DNA of 64,000 nt from Antechinus flavipes (Eukaryota). The position numbers and the translations under genes were made by a program. Below are positions 17,701 through 28,130 of this stretch, one piece after another. The DNA lies in assembly GCF_016432865.1 (NCBI RefSeq), contig NC_067402.1, positions 219,418,001-219,482,000 of the forward strand, read 5' to 3'. Below the pieces are notes generated by a model, which searched no databases, was not told the origin of the DNA, and worked only from the letters and a program-made list of their open reading frames with translations. Numbering within the stretch: position 1 is the stretch's first letter; the number at the start of each line of letters is the position of its first letter.

Positions 17701-19163
17701 CCCTGTCCAGAAACTGTGCCAGCCTGTAGTGTCTAGTCCAGACTGTCAGCTGGTGCTACACCAAGTTTTGGAGGGAGGGGCAGGGCTCTACTGCCTAAAT
17801 GTATCTCTGGCTGATACCAACAGCTTGGTTATGGCCAGCACTCAGCTCATAGTCCCAGGTAGGCATCTGAGGGAAGGTGGGATATTGCTGGTGGTGATTA
17901 GATTTCAAGGAGAGAGGAGTATTAATAGCGGGGATACCTGGGGCTCTGTTCACAGGACAAGAAACAGGCACCCAGAAGGCTCCGCTGCTGGTAGGCGTTA
18001 TGTTGGCTATAGTGGCAATAGCCTTGGCATTTCTAACGTACAGGTAAGATACCTTCTTTTCAGCCCTTGCCCATCATTCTGTCCTCCATAGAGATTGGAA
18101 CATAGAAGTAGGTCTTGATCTTTGCTCAGCTATCTTTTAGCCTTCTTGCTACAACTTAAGGAGCTCTGGGCTTTTCTAACCTTTACTTCTTGGGAAATGC
18201 TAAATCTCATTTTCTTTTTCTATAGTATTCTGAAGTATGATGTAGTGGTGAGAATTTCTGTCCTAGATCTGCCAACTTACAGGTTGTATGACTTTGAACA
18301 AGTCCCTTCTCCTCCTTCAGTAACATGATATTCACTTAATAGAGGGGCTTTGAACCCTTTAGCAGTTGGTAAAGCTTATGGACTTATGGATTTTAGAACT
18401 GTTTCTACTGCATAAAATAAAAACATGGGCCTATAAAAGAAACCAATTATATTGAAAATTATGAAAATATTTTTAAAAACAATTTCACAAACCCCAGGTG
18501 AAGAACTTCTGAACTAACTGAACTCTTAAGATCCTTTCAGCTCTAAATTCTTATTCCAAAATGGGAATTAAGAATTTGTACTGCTTTCTTGATAGAGTAT
18601 TATGAGGAAAAGGTAAGAATGTATATAGAGCACTTCCTATACAAATGTATTCTTATATTAGGGTCTATTGTTCTTCTTCCTCCCACAGATATCCTCTTCA
18701 TCAAAAAGGAAATTGTTGCTCTTTATTTTTGAGGGATAAATAAAATAAAGAGAAGGCTGAGTAGAATGAGGTCTCCCAGAAGTTTGTAGCCTGTGAATAT
18801 AAAGCCTTTAAAGGGAGATTTTATCCCCATGTAGGATAAGCAAAAGGGAAGAGAAATGGCCTCAGGTCCCAAGTGATGATACTTCATGGTGGTCAGACAT
18901 GTTGAAAATGGGTGATATATCCCTTTCTTTGGAATGGCATACCTGAAAATCCCATGTAGGCTGGCCAGGGCAGCTTTCAGAAAGACTTTGCATCTGCTGA
19001 TTTCTGTTTCTTCTCCTATTACTGCAGGCGGGTAAAACGGGGCTCAGCTCTTCCACAATCCTGGCTGCCTCAACGTACTGTTCACTGGTTGAGATTACCC
19101 TCTTCCTTCTATCCAGGCCCCAGTGGAGAAAGTAGCCCTCTCCTCAATGGGCACCAGGTCTGA
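11723..19163 (+). CDS. PMEL: Premelanosome protein PMEL (gp100/SILV), complete joined CDS of 2022 nt / 673 aa: 11723-11798, 14355-14471, 14625-14771, 14967-15098, 15401-15562, 15887-16642, 16978-17094, 17415-17499, 17653-17858, 17956-18043, 19028-19163
   Basis: Signal peptide, NTR, core amyloid fragment ([21 protein letters not shown]), PKD, Thr-rich RPT, LVKR convertase site, Kringle-like Cys domain, TM and cytosolic ESSPLL dileucine motif. All phases join without stops. Confidence 0.96.
12140..12385. promoter_or_regulatory. Candidate melanocyte enhancer in PMEL intron 1 (MITF E-box plus SOX motifs)
   Basis: TCACATGA at 12339-12346, CAGCTG at 12329, CTCGTGAC at 12372, ATTGTT at 12147, ATTGT at 12278. 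Confidence 0.5.
13246..13376. other. Assembly gap (131 N) in PMEL intron 1
   Basis: N run. Confidence 1.
14000..14230 (+). mobile_element. MIR-family SINE
   Basis: GAAGCAGTAAAGCATGGTAGATAAAGGGG head, GTGACCATGGG core remnants, marsupial-type tail CCCATACCAATGAAATCACAAGTCC. Confidence 0.55.
14355..14471 (+). CDS. PMEL: PMEL exon 2
   Basis: ...[22 protein letters not shown], 117 nt. Confidence 0.93.
14625..14771 (+). CDS. PMEL: PMEL exon 3
   Basis: [24 protein letters not shown]...NGTIN, 147 nt. Confidence 0.95.
14967..15098 (+). CDS. PMEL: PMEL exon 4
   Basis: [12 protein letters not shown]...SFIYVWKTW, 132 nt. Confidence 0.95.
15401..15562 (+). CDS. PMEL: PMEL exon 5
   Basis: [12 protein letters not shown]...[11 protein letters not shown]...FTLT, 162 nt. 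Confidence 0.95.
15887..16642 (+). CDS. PMEL: PMEL exon 6 (PKD and RPT domains)
   Basis: [17 protein letters not shown]...[10 protein letters not shown]...GTT repeats; 756 nt; donor AG|GTGGGT. Confidence 0.92.
16207..16479 (+). repeat. Degenerate 39-nt (13-aa) tandem repeats of the PMEL RPT domain, 6-7 units
   Basis: [91 protein letters not shown]. Confidence 0.75.
16978..17094 (+). CDS. PMEL: PMEL exon 7 (LVKR cleavage site)
   Basis: [39 protein letters not shown], 117 nt. Confidence 0.95.
17415..17499 (+). CDS. PMEL: PMEL exon 8
   Basis: [13 protein letters not shown]...ELTVSCQG, 85 nt. Confidence 0.95.
17653..17858 (+). CDS. PMEL: PMEL exon 9 (Kringle-like domain)
   Basis: [15 protein letters not shown]...[13 protein letters not shown]...IVP, 206 nt. 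Confidence 0.95.
17956..18043 (+). CDS. PMEL: PMEL exon 10 (transmembrane)
   Basis: [29 protein letters not shown], 88 nt. Confidence 0.93.
18345..18510 (-). mobile_element. hAT-Charlie-type non-autonomous DNA transposon remnant (MER-like)
   Basis: Reverse strand CAGAAGTTCTTCACCTGGGG...TTCAATATAATTGGTTTC...TTTTATTTTATGC resembles mammalian Charlie MITEs. Family not assigned. Confidence 0.45.
19028..19163 (+). CDS. PMEL: PMEL exon 11 coding part (cytosolic tail)
   Basis: [10 protein letters not shown]...HWLRLP...[12 protein letters not shown]. Confidence 0.93.
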
Positions 19164-19256
19164 GACCTCAAAGCATCTAAAAACTAGTCCACAGCTTGGA
19201 AGAACTCAGATCTTCCCCTCACTTCTCTCCCCCATAACTACCCTGTCATCACCTGA

Positions 19257-19262
19257 ATTAAA
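19257..19262 (+). terminator. PMEL polyadenylation signal ATTAAA
   Basis: First PAS-like hexamer, about 95 nt after the stop. Confidence 0.55.
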
Positions 19263-19391
19263 AATTTTGAACACAACACTGGATCTTTTCTTGTCTATCA
19301 ACAACCCAAAGTAGAGTAGGAATACAGAATAGGAGAACAAACTTACTCTTCCTCAATTAACACAAGATTGTTTAGTGAAAAACCAAACGAT

Positions 19392-19397
19392 TTTATT
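19392..19397 (-). terminator. DGKA polyadenylation signal AATAAA
   Basis: TTTATT on the plus strand, about 180 nt past the DGKA stop. Confidence 0.65.
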
Positions 19398-19574
19398 CAG
19401 ATGAGGCACTTTCAATGTGTTATGTTGAGCAGGAAGGGAAGCAGAGTGGGACAATAAATATTTGTGAGGGGAAGGAGCCCACCCAAGCTCACCAAGGGAG
19501 GAGCAGGGGGTGGGTAGCATAGATGTAGAGGAAAGCCTAGGGAAATGAAGAAGAGGGGCTGAAGAGCCCTTCCC

Positions 19575-19658
19575 TCAGGACCAAAGGTTGAAGAAGTTGG
19601 AGGAGCGTGGTGGGGGGCCCATAAGCATAGGCATTTGATTCTTGTGCGTGATCTGGAT
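19575..19658 (-). CDS. DGKA: DGKA coding exon 23
   Basis: [27 protein letters not shown]. Confidence 0.95.
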   Translation of the reverse strand: MQITHKNQMPMLMGPPPRSSNFFNLWS

Positions 19659-22600
19659 CTGAAAGGTAAAGAGCCCAGGTTCATAGTGAAGGAAGCTGGT
19701 GGACTTAGGGATCAGGCAATGAGAGCTCCAGGGAAATGCTGTGGGAATCTGGAGACATATGTGACCTACCAACATCATTAGAAAACTGCTGAGCTTAGAA
19801 ATAGTGGTAGAGGGGACTTGGGAAGAAATGATTTGGGTTAGGAGCTCAGAGAAAACTCAGGGAACATGCTGACCATGTACAAGGTCAAGAACTGGATGAC
19901 ACTGGGGTAAAAGTTCAGGAACTAAAGAATCTTGGGGAAGAACTCACAGTACATGGTGCCTGCATCCAGGGTTCCCCGTCGATCTGCATGGGTAGGGCTT
20001 TTTTAGTCCTGTGGGAGTCCAGAGCAGATTGCATGGAGAAGACAAGGAAGAGAGAAGACCTAACATACAGATTTCCCCCAATTTGCCTTTGGGAACTTAG
20101 ATCCTATTCTCACCTGAGCACAATATCTAAGCCCTTGGAACTATTCCATTATCATGTTCTCTCTATATCTCCTGTGTCCCTCCCTTCTTCTGCCACTAAG
20201 CTCTGGTTCTTCCTTACCGAAAAGTAATTTGGGAGCATTTAGCAATCCGGTGTCCGGCATTCTTCAGCCTGGTATATATCTGACCCATTTCAATTGCTCC
20301 TTCTAGTCCTACCACCTCCAGTCGTTTGTCACTCAGATCTGGAGAAAGTTGAGGGGTGAACATAAGAAGAAAGAATATTCTCTGCCCTGTTCCCATCATT
20401 TAAAGGGTCATTCAACTCCCCCTCCCCCAATTTAGTTAGGTGACCCATAACCTTCCCAAGGTCCCTTCACCTTGTACACAGGTTTTCAGGGCTTCAGGGT
20501 TGGTGATTGCTTCAGGAGGCACAGAAGCAAAATCTAAACCCTGAGCATCTTTGGAGGGTCGCTTTTTGTCTCCCCAGAGGTTGGAGCCTCCATGCATGCT
20601 GGGAATATTTAGGACTGCAATGCCCTCCAAGGATAGGTCACTCAGTGTCAAAGGTGTCCCACAGATCTGGGGAATGAGAGTATTCTGGAGCTCATGTTCC
20701 CATTCCCCAAAGAGACTAATAGAGGTAGCTGTGTCTCTTCTCCTTTTAATGCCCTTCCCTAAACCCTCCCCATGACTGGGCACCATTCCACCCTATGCCT
20801 TGGGTACTGGGTATCTTCTTGATGGGATGGGATAGGAGGTTTGTTTGGAAGACTGGGAGAAGGTCAGGGTCTTTGAAGCCTGGGGGAAATTTAATAGAGT
20901 CTGGACAAAGTGTGGTTTTTAGGAGTCAGAGAATTGGGATATATCAGAAAGCAAAAGAAATATGGGAGTGGTTGGGATGTCTTTTGGGTATGGGGTTCAG
21001 GCCATGTTTGAAAAGTGTCCAAACCTCACCTCCACTGAAACAGACTCTTCCAGCTTTTTGCATGTGGAGAAGATGGACTCAGATGTGGCGAACTCCAAGT
21101 ACCACAGCTTGTTCTTCATCCTGCCTCAGCCCCATACCCCAGGCCCAGGGGGGAGGGGGCAGGTTACATAGGCCAGGTTACATAAGCCCTGTGGGAGGGC
21201 AAGGGGGCAGAGGAGGCGAGAGAGCACTCCATCTCCAGTCTCTCTTAGGTACAAGGGGAGCTTGGGGGTAGGAGGATGTCCACTTAATGTATTCACTGCC
21301 TTGTTTGGCACATGGACATAGATAGTAGTCAAAGCCTGGCCCTCTCTGTTGCTCTGCCTACCCCATTCCCATTATTTCCAGACCTCCCTCACCTGCTGTT
21401 GAACTTCTCAGGATGTTTCTCCCTCATGATATGAAATCGGTGAGCAATAGAGGCATCCTGGGTGAGGAAGGCAAAAGGTCATAGACAAGTTCCAACATCT
21501 TTCTTAATCAGCAAAGACCTCATCCCACCCCTCCAACTAGTTCAGTATCCAAAAAAATTGTATCTAGGAACATTCCTATTTTTTCTCTGTTGCTGGGAGG
21601 GAGGGGAAGAGGAGGGTAATTGCACAATAACTTAGATCTTGGATGCCAATGGTCCTATTAACTCAAGTGTCTATGAAAGCAATCTTATTCCCTAAACTAT
21701 TTCAATGGGTACTAAAATTTCAGACTTCTAGTTTCCTTTTTATAACTTCCATTCCCAATGATTTGAGTACCCACTTTTTCCTCTGATCCCACACTCTTCC
21801 ATAAAAAAGCAAAGTCCACTGACCACACCAATGGAGAAGTAATTGTTGATGATGTTGTAGGGAACTGGATCACTCTTTTCTTGGGGGTCCAGAGGAATCA
21901 CCTCCACAGACCATCGATCCATATATACTGTTTCACTTAACTCTAAGTCCTTGAGTATCTTCGATAAGTTCTCCCCATCATAACCTGAAGGGAAGAGGGG
22001 AGATAGGAGAGGCAACTGAAAAGAAAATTTCAGGTTCAACCAATTACCAGGGAATGTCTCATCTTGATTCTTTAGGAGCCCATGGCCCAATTTTGTGCAC
22101 GTGTGTATAGATGGGCTGTGACACTGACAGTAGGGTACTGGAAAGATTTTCTCTGGTTATCATATTCTAATTCTCTCCTATTTCCTTTTCCCAAAGCTTT
22201 AGCCTGGCTCTGATATTTCTCTCCTCAAATCTAGTAGTTTTTCCACTAGAATTATTCTCATCTCCAACACCTACTGAATCCCTATCTCTGTGAACCCCCA
22301 AAATGGTGGTCCATGTCAGCAGGAGAACAGTAAAGAAAACAATTACTCCTCCAGGCTTTAAAATATAGTTTTCCATATTTCTTGATTCTACTCTTATTCT
22401 CTTCTAAGTCATTACCTGTCCATCCACATCCCAACTTTTATGATCCTCTCAGCCTCCTACGCTCTTTTTTCCTTTAGGCTCTCTTTATTATATCCTCTTC
22501 TGCACTCTTATCAATGGCACTCACCTCCTCCCCATCTTAGGCATCGAGCTAGGTCGTTCCCTGTGCCTAGGGGAAGCACAGCTACTGGTGGTGGGTTAGA

Positions 22601-25600
22601 GAAGCTGGCCTTGTCTGGGAATAGAAGAGACAGAAATGGAGTCAGGAAGGCCACCACTTCTCTGACCCTCAGGACTCCATGCTTCTCCCCAACACTGACC
22701 AATGGCATCTAGGATCCAGCCTACTGTGCCGTCTCCTCCACATACCAATACCCGGAAATCTGGGAGGTCCTTGAAGAACTTGAGCCTGAGATATAGAAAG
22801 GAAGGGAGAAGGGGATCATGAAGGTTAATAAAGTTGGAAGGACCCTAATTCTTTGACCCTCAAACTCAATGAGAAAAATTCCTTGCTGATCACCTCTTCC
22901 AACATCCCACTTCTAAGATTTTGTTCATAGCAAGAACTGAAATCAGACTGATGGTAGAGAAAGGGAAGAATTTGAAACTGTATAAAGAAAAGAAACTTTA
23001 AGAGGGGCTTGTTAACAACTGGGAAAACAAAGGATCTTTCTTGAAGATCCCCACAACACAGGAAAAAGTCTCAATTTGTATGTTTAAAGGTAGACCAGCA
23101 GGAAAAAAGATGATCTTAGAGATCCCAGAGGTCCTGTTCTAAATTCCCTGCCCCTTGGACATAAAACAATTCTCCTGGCCTTCCCACACACTCATCTCTG
23201 CTCCCCACAACACATACCTAGACATTTATATTAAACTGTAAATATTCTTATACTTACCCTGGTTCGGGACCCCCCTTTGCAAGGTTGTAAACCTGTCGTG
23301 GATTCAGCAGGTACTGGAACTTTCGAAGGACCCTAGGGTTTATGAGGATGCAGGTGATGAAGTTTATGGAATCATTTTTCCTATTCTCTCCTGAAACATT
23401 TTTCAAGCTGCCCCCTTCCTCTTATCAAATCTAATTCCTGGGAAGCCTCCTTCCACTTTTCTTGTAGCAGTATTTCCAACCTATGATTCCACCTCCTTCC
23501 TTATTTCCACTTACCTTTCCCCCTGCTTCCCACCACTTTTGGGGTTTACAAAGACGAGGAGTGGGTGGGTGTTGGGGACTGGAATAATCTGTTTAGGAGG
23601 AGAAGCAATAAAAGCAAGGTAGGGATATTATGTAAGAGCCAAATTAGACCCCTAACATTAATTATGATAATAATTCACATTTATAGAGAGTTTAAAATTT
23701 ATAAAACATTTCAGGGGCACCAGCATTTCTGGGACTTCACTCAGAGATGCCTTCTTTTCCCCTTTCCTTTTTGCCTGTTATTAGCAGGAATGAAGATTTG
23801 GGGACCAGGTTATATTTTCTGGATTTCCCCCAACTTCATCCTCCCCCAATTCAGAGCCCAGCCATCCTAATCCCCAAGGCTTTCCCCCACCATGATGCCC
23901 AGGCACTGCTGCCTGTACCCGCAGGGCCTGCCCATCAGGGACCAAATGTTGTAATTCATCCACATTCCTGGAGCTCAAGTTCTGGCGGTCCTGTTCAGAG
24001 GCAGAGGTAAACAGAAGGGAGGAAGGCTGAATCTTGTGTATGGGTATCTGTGTCCCTGCTGAATCCACTTTGTGGGGCCTTCACTATTTCTCAGCCACAG
24101 AGAGGTACCAGTCTGGCCTGAACCCTAAAGAAATGGGTAAGAGTGATAGGCTCTCTCTGAGATCAATGGGTACTCTCTAAGGAAACTATGAAATTTGTGC
24201 AAAGTCTAGGGGGTGTGTGGCTTTCTACAGGGTTTGGGGATATTCTACAGGTTCTCTTTCTGATATATATTTCTTCTCTTCTCCTAAGTCCAAGTGCTCA
24301 CCAGGATACAAGGATAGATGGCTGAGGGAGGCAGGATGTGGTCACGGAGCATCCCACAGTCACATTCAGGGCTCATGGTAGAGAGACAATCCTCATGGAT
24401 CTAGGGAATAAGAGAAACCATTAGTGGAAAATTACCTTCTGGCTTTCCAACTCAGGGAAGAGAAAAGGGACAGAAGAATAATTGGGGGTTTAGAAAGCCC
24501 CATGTGGTAGGAATATGGGGGACATTATAGTAGGAAAGTCTTAAAAGGAACAAAGGGGAAGGGTTACTTCAGGAGAAAGCCTAGGGACAAGAAGTTGAGG
24601 AGACTCTAAAATAGCTGGGAAGATCTGGAAGGTCTGGAGGAAAAGGTTTGTTCTGACCTGGAAATGGCACCACACACAATGCAGTCCTGTCAGGCTTTGG
24701 AAATTCCTTATCTTCTTTTGGCAACAGTCACAGCGTCCAGAGTCACAGCCTCCACGAACCCACACATGGGTCTGGGCCTTAAGGAAGTAGGGAATAACCC
24801 GATGGCTCAAAAGAGCGGAATAATAGCTGGATTTACCCCTGTTTCCTAAGGGGGGGGGTACCTTACATCTAGAGAAGTCCAGAGAAGGGGCTGAGGAGGG
24901 GTAATAAAAACATGAGATTGAGGTTAGGGGTCACTCACACCAGTGTCTTTCTTGGACTTGGCATAGGTGCTGACTTCACAGGGAGAAGCCTTCTTGGCAC
25001 AGCGCTCATGTACTGTGAATTTACAAACTGGGAAAAAGAGAAAAAAAAAAAGGAGAGGGGAAGCTCTTAGCTATGGTTGGAACGCCTGAGGTCACTCACT
25101 CATCACAAGCACAAGTCTTTAAGTCTCCATCACTCAAAGATTATTCCAACCTCCCACCTTTTTCCCAATACACTCACAGGTACAAGAGAGTCCCCGCTTG
25201 GTTATCCCGAGCAGCATTGTCTCACATACATTACAATAAGCTGGACGGGAAAATTGCTTCAGTCGCCACATGTGCTGCCCATCATCCTTCAAGCTCTGTG
25301 GAGGGTACCACAAGTAATCTGGATGAGGGGCACCTAAGTCCTTCCCCCAGTACCACTTCCTGGACAGCAGTCATAATCCTCCCCAAAAGAGCTCAGAGAT
25401 GGAAGGAGAGAAATGCACACTCCCTTTCTCCTTGACTTACCACCTCTAGTCCCAACAGCACCAGCAGAGGCACAGTGGTAGATCCACCTCGTACCCACTC
25501 AGCCAGAGAGACTGTACCACTGCCATCATAGTCAATCTCTTTCATCATCTCCTGCAAAATCTGAATATTGGGGAAAAGCATCAAGAAAAAAAAAAGATTT

Positions 25601-28130
25601 TATGTATTCAAGGTCCCATTGGTTAGGTCCCCAACTTAAAGAGTCCAGCCCAAAACAGATACAAACTCCATGGGAGGGTTGTAGGAAACAATATACATGG
25701 ATGGGGAAAGAAAAAAACCGTCTTACTGGTCTCAGCTCAGTTACATCCCAGTCCAGATATCTTGCCACACGCATCATTTGGGTGATAATTCTGTCCACTT
25801 CCTAGGAAGAGCCAGGATGAAATCTCTCATATCCTGAACAAGGTACTGACTTTCCCTTAAAAAGTCCTTTTTCATGGATCATGAAACTGAAGTCTTCATC
25901 TCTAAGTCTGCCTCCCCCATAGTCTTATCTGTCTATGGAAATCTTATGGTGTAGGAGGGAGTAGAGTAGAGTAGGATGGGATGGTGAGTAAGGACAACTC
26001 CTACTTCTTGTCTTGTCCTATGCCTCTTATGTCCTTTCTCTGGGAGTCAGAACCCACTCCACAACATTGCCCAGAAAACTCAATTTCTTCCCTCAGCAGC
26101 AACTGCATCTACACAAGATGGGGGCCCAAGGAAGAGAGAAAAAAGACCAAAATGTCTCCATCTCCTATACTCCAACCCCTTCCCCAATCTTCAGAACTCA
26201 CCGAGCTGTCCAAAAGTCCATTTCTGTCTGTATCATATAGCTTGAAGGTAACTGTGAATTGGTGAGGAAGCAGAGCTAGGGTCAGTTTATGAAAGCCATT
26301 CCCTCAGCCTGCCCTAAATCTTTTCCCTGCCCTCCTTGAAGAATTCCATGCTGGGGAAAAAAGAGACTATACTCTGCCGTCAGAAAGTCTGCTATGGGAG
26401 CTAACACATTTATGAACATAAAACTAAGGATAAGCGTAAGCTATATATTATACCTGAATAAGGATATGTAAAAGAAAGCTAGAGGAAATAGGGGAGTGGT
26501 AAGAAGAACTTAAAAGGCCATTCCACCTCTTTCTATGGATGCTTCAGTGACTAAGAATCCCAAAAGAGTTAGGGGAGGATGGCTGGAAATACCTTCTCCT
26601 TCAACTTTTCCTTTTACCCCAACCTTCCCCCTCAATATTTCTCTTGTTTTAATGACTTACATTCTAGCTTGTCTTCAGGCCGTCCACCTTCCAGTAAGGA
26701 GAAATAGCAGGAGACATCACTGAGACAGATCAAGGCTACTTCTGGTTGAGGAGAGTTCAGCAAGGTCAGAGGTCCTCCCTGATCCAGCTAATCTGTCCTT
26801 TCTAGCCCATCCCCTCCTTTATCTTTGTCCCCTCCTGTCAAATAACAGCCTAAATCACCCCTCCTTTCTTCAAACAGATTGAGCAAAGACCATCAGCTGA
26901 ATTTGTTCTGGCCCAAGCTGATTTGATCTTGCTTCCAAGGCTCAGTACTTGTTAACTCCCAATTCCATACCTTGTTCATCACCTTGTTTTTGAGACTCTA
27001 TAGTCTGGAAGGACCCAAAAAGTGCTTGGCTCAGTTGTGGAGGAACATTATTCACCTCCAGGTAGGCTTTCAGGAAGAGCTGAAACCCTTCATATCCTAT
27101 GGACTAGAGTAGAAAGGGGTATTACCTCAGAGGTGTAGCTGGAGTACAAGGAATGATGGGCCAGGGACAAAGGTAAAGCTTGGGAATATCTTAGGGTGAG
27201 CCATGATCACCTGTGTCAAGAATGTGTTTCTGTACTCAACAAGTTATTTATCCTCTTTCCACCCTTTATGTTACAAGAGTCTAGAGATGAGGATGGGAAG
27301 TTCCATGGGGAATGAGGGCCGCAGGGGAACAAAAACAATAAGATACGGGATTCTGGCAGGTGGGGGATACAAAATAGGGGGAACAGGAAGTGATCCCTGG
27401 AAGTTGGGGATTTTGAAGGAATATCAGAAATTCCCCAGGGAAGGGGCTAGGAGCTGGGAGAAGATTTTGTAGATGCCTCTCACATCTCCCTGGAGATACT
27501 GAGCCAATTCTCCATCTTCATTGAACAGAGCTAGGACATCACTGACTTTCTTGGTTGAATCTGGAGGAGATAATAGACAAAATCAGGGCAGAATCTCCTC
27601 TCATCCCCAATATGCAGATCTGCCTTAAAAGCATATATTTCTAGATATTCAGAGTTGAAGGGCACCTTAAAAAGAATTTCTCCCCACCATTTCATTTTAC
27701 AGATAAGAAAAGGGAGGGTCATTGAGAAGTAACATCCAAAAGAGTAGCCCATAGAGAAATAAACTCTGCTGCTCAAAGTGACAGAGATATGGAGAAAGAC
27801 ACACACATAGAAACCAAGAAATAGGTAGTTATAGACAATTTCAAGGTCTCAGGGTGGGGCAAACTGAGGAACAGAGCAAGGGATCAGTGATTTCAAATCC
27901 CAGTTATTGGCTTCCTTCCTCATGCCCTGAACATGGCAGAGGACAGCTCAAGATTACTTGGAAGATTAAAGACCAGCCTGAGGAGGGAAGTCCTCAGCAA
28001 AAAAGCATCTTCAGAAATGGAGATCATGTAGGGTATCCCAGGAATGAGGGGGTGCAGAAAACTCACATTCCATATATTCCTGTAATTGAGCAAAGTCCTT
28101 GGGGCTTAAGGGGCCCCCGTTTTTCAACAT
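19575..28130 (-). CDS. DGKA: Diacylglycerol kinase alpha, complete CDS in 23 coding exons (2196-2202 nt, 731-733 aa)
   Basis: [22 protein letters not shown]; two EF hands ([26 protein letters not shown]); two C1 domains; catalytic [15 protein letters not shown] and [11 protein letters not shown] motifs; C-terminus [20 protein letters not shown]. All phases join. Confidence 0.97.
19948..20008 (-). CDS. DGKA: DGKA coding exon 22
   Basis: [20 protein letters not shown], 61 nt. Confidence 0.95.
20218..20338 (-). CDS. DGKA: DGKA coding exon 21
   Basis: [21 protein letters not shown]...QITF, 121 nt. Confidence 0.95.
20471..20666 (-). CDS. DGKA: DGKA coding exon 20
   Basis: ICGTPL...[14 protein letters not shown]...LKTCVQ, 196 nt. 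Confidence 0.95.
21030..21120 (-). CDS. DGKA: DGKA coding exon 19
   Basis: [30 protein letters not shown], 91 nt. Confidence 0.95.
21393..21457 (-). CDS. DGKA: DGKA coding exon 18
   Basis: [21 protein letters not shown], 65 nt. Confidence 0.95.
21824..21984 (-). CDS. DGKA: DGKA coding exon 17
   Basis: [10 protein letters not shown]...MDRWSVEV...INNYFSIGV, 161 nt. Confidence 0.95.
22525..22614 (-). CDS. DGKA: DGKA coding exon 16
   Basis: [29 protein letters not shown], 90 nt. Confidence 0.95.
22700..22785 (-). CDS. DGKA: DGKA coding exon 15
   Basis: [28 protein letters not shown], 86 nt. Confidence 0.95.
23258..23332 (-). CDS. DGKA: DGKA coding exon 14
   Basis: [24 protein letters not shown], 75 nt. 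Confidence 0.95.
23515..23588 (-). CDS. DGKA: DGKA coding exon 13
   Basis: [24 protein letters not shown], 74 nt. Confidence 0.95.
23919..23990 (-). CDS. DGKA: DGKA coding exon 12 (linker)
   Basis: [24 protein letters not shown], 72 nt. Confidence 0.85.
24302..24400 (-). CDS. DGKA: DGKA coding exon 11
   Basis: [33 protein letters not shown], 99 nt. Confidence 0.95.
24658..24777 (-). CDS. DGKA: DGKA coding exon 10 (C1b)
   Basis: [23 protein letters not shown]...LHCVWCHFQ, 120 nt. Confidence 0.95.
24939..25027 (-). CDS. DGKA: DGKA coding exon 9
   Basis: [29 protein letters not shown], 89 nt. Confidence 0.95.
25178..25295 (-). CDS. DGKA: DGKA coding exon 8 (C1a)
   Basis: [39 protein letters not shown], 118 nt. 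Confidence 0.95.
25441..25560 (-). CDS. DGKA: DGKA coding exon 7 (EF hand 2)
   Basis: [22 protein letters not shown]...LLGLEV, 120 nt. Confidence 0.95.
25727..25801 (-). CDS. DGKA: DGKA coding exon 6
   Basis: [25 protein letters not shown], 75 nt. Confidence 0.95.
26202..26251 (-). CDS. DGKA: DGKA coding exon 5 (EF hand 1)
   Basis: [17 protein letters not shown], 50 nt. Confidence 0.95.
26661..26741 (-). CDS. DGKA: DGKA coding exon 4 (start 26741, 26738 or 26735)
   Basis: (EV)[25 protein letters not shown]; acceptor CAG|AAG|TAG|. Confidence 0.9.
26971..27103 (-). CDS. DGKA: DGKA coding exon 3
   Basis: [21 protein letters not shown]...QGDEQ, 133 nt. Confidence 0.93.
27484..27560 (-). CDS. 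DGKA: DGKA coding exon 2
   Basis: [26 protein letters not shown], 77 nt. Confidence 0.95.
28067..28130 (-). CDS. DGKA: DGKA first coding exon (coding part; acceptor at 28177 or 28145)
   Basis: ATG at 28130; [21 protein letters not shown]; donor T|GTGAGT. Confidence 0.92.
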
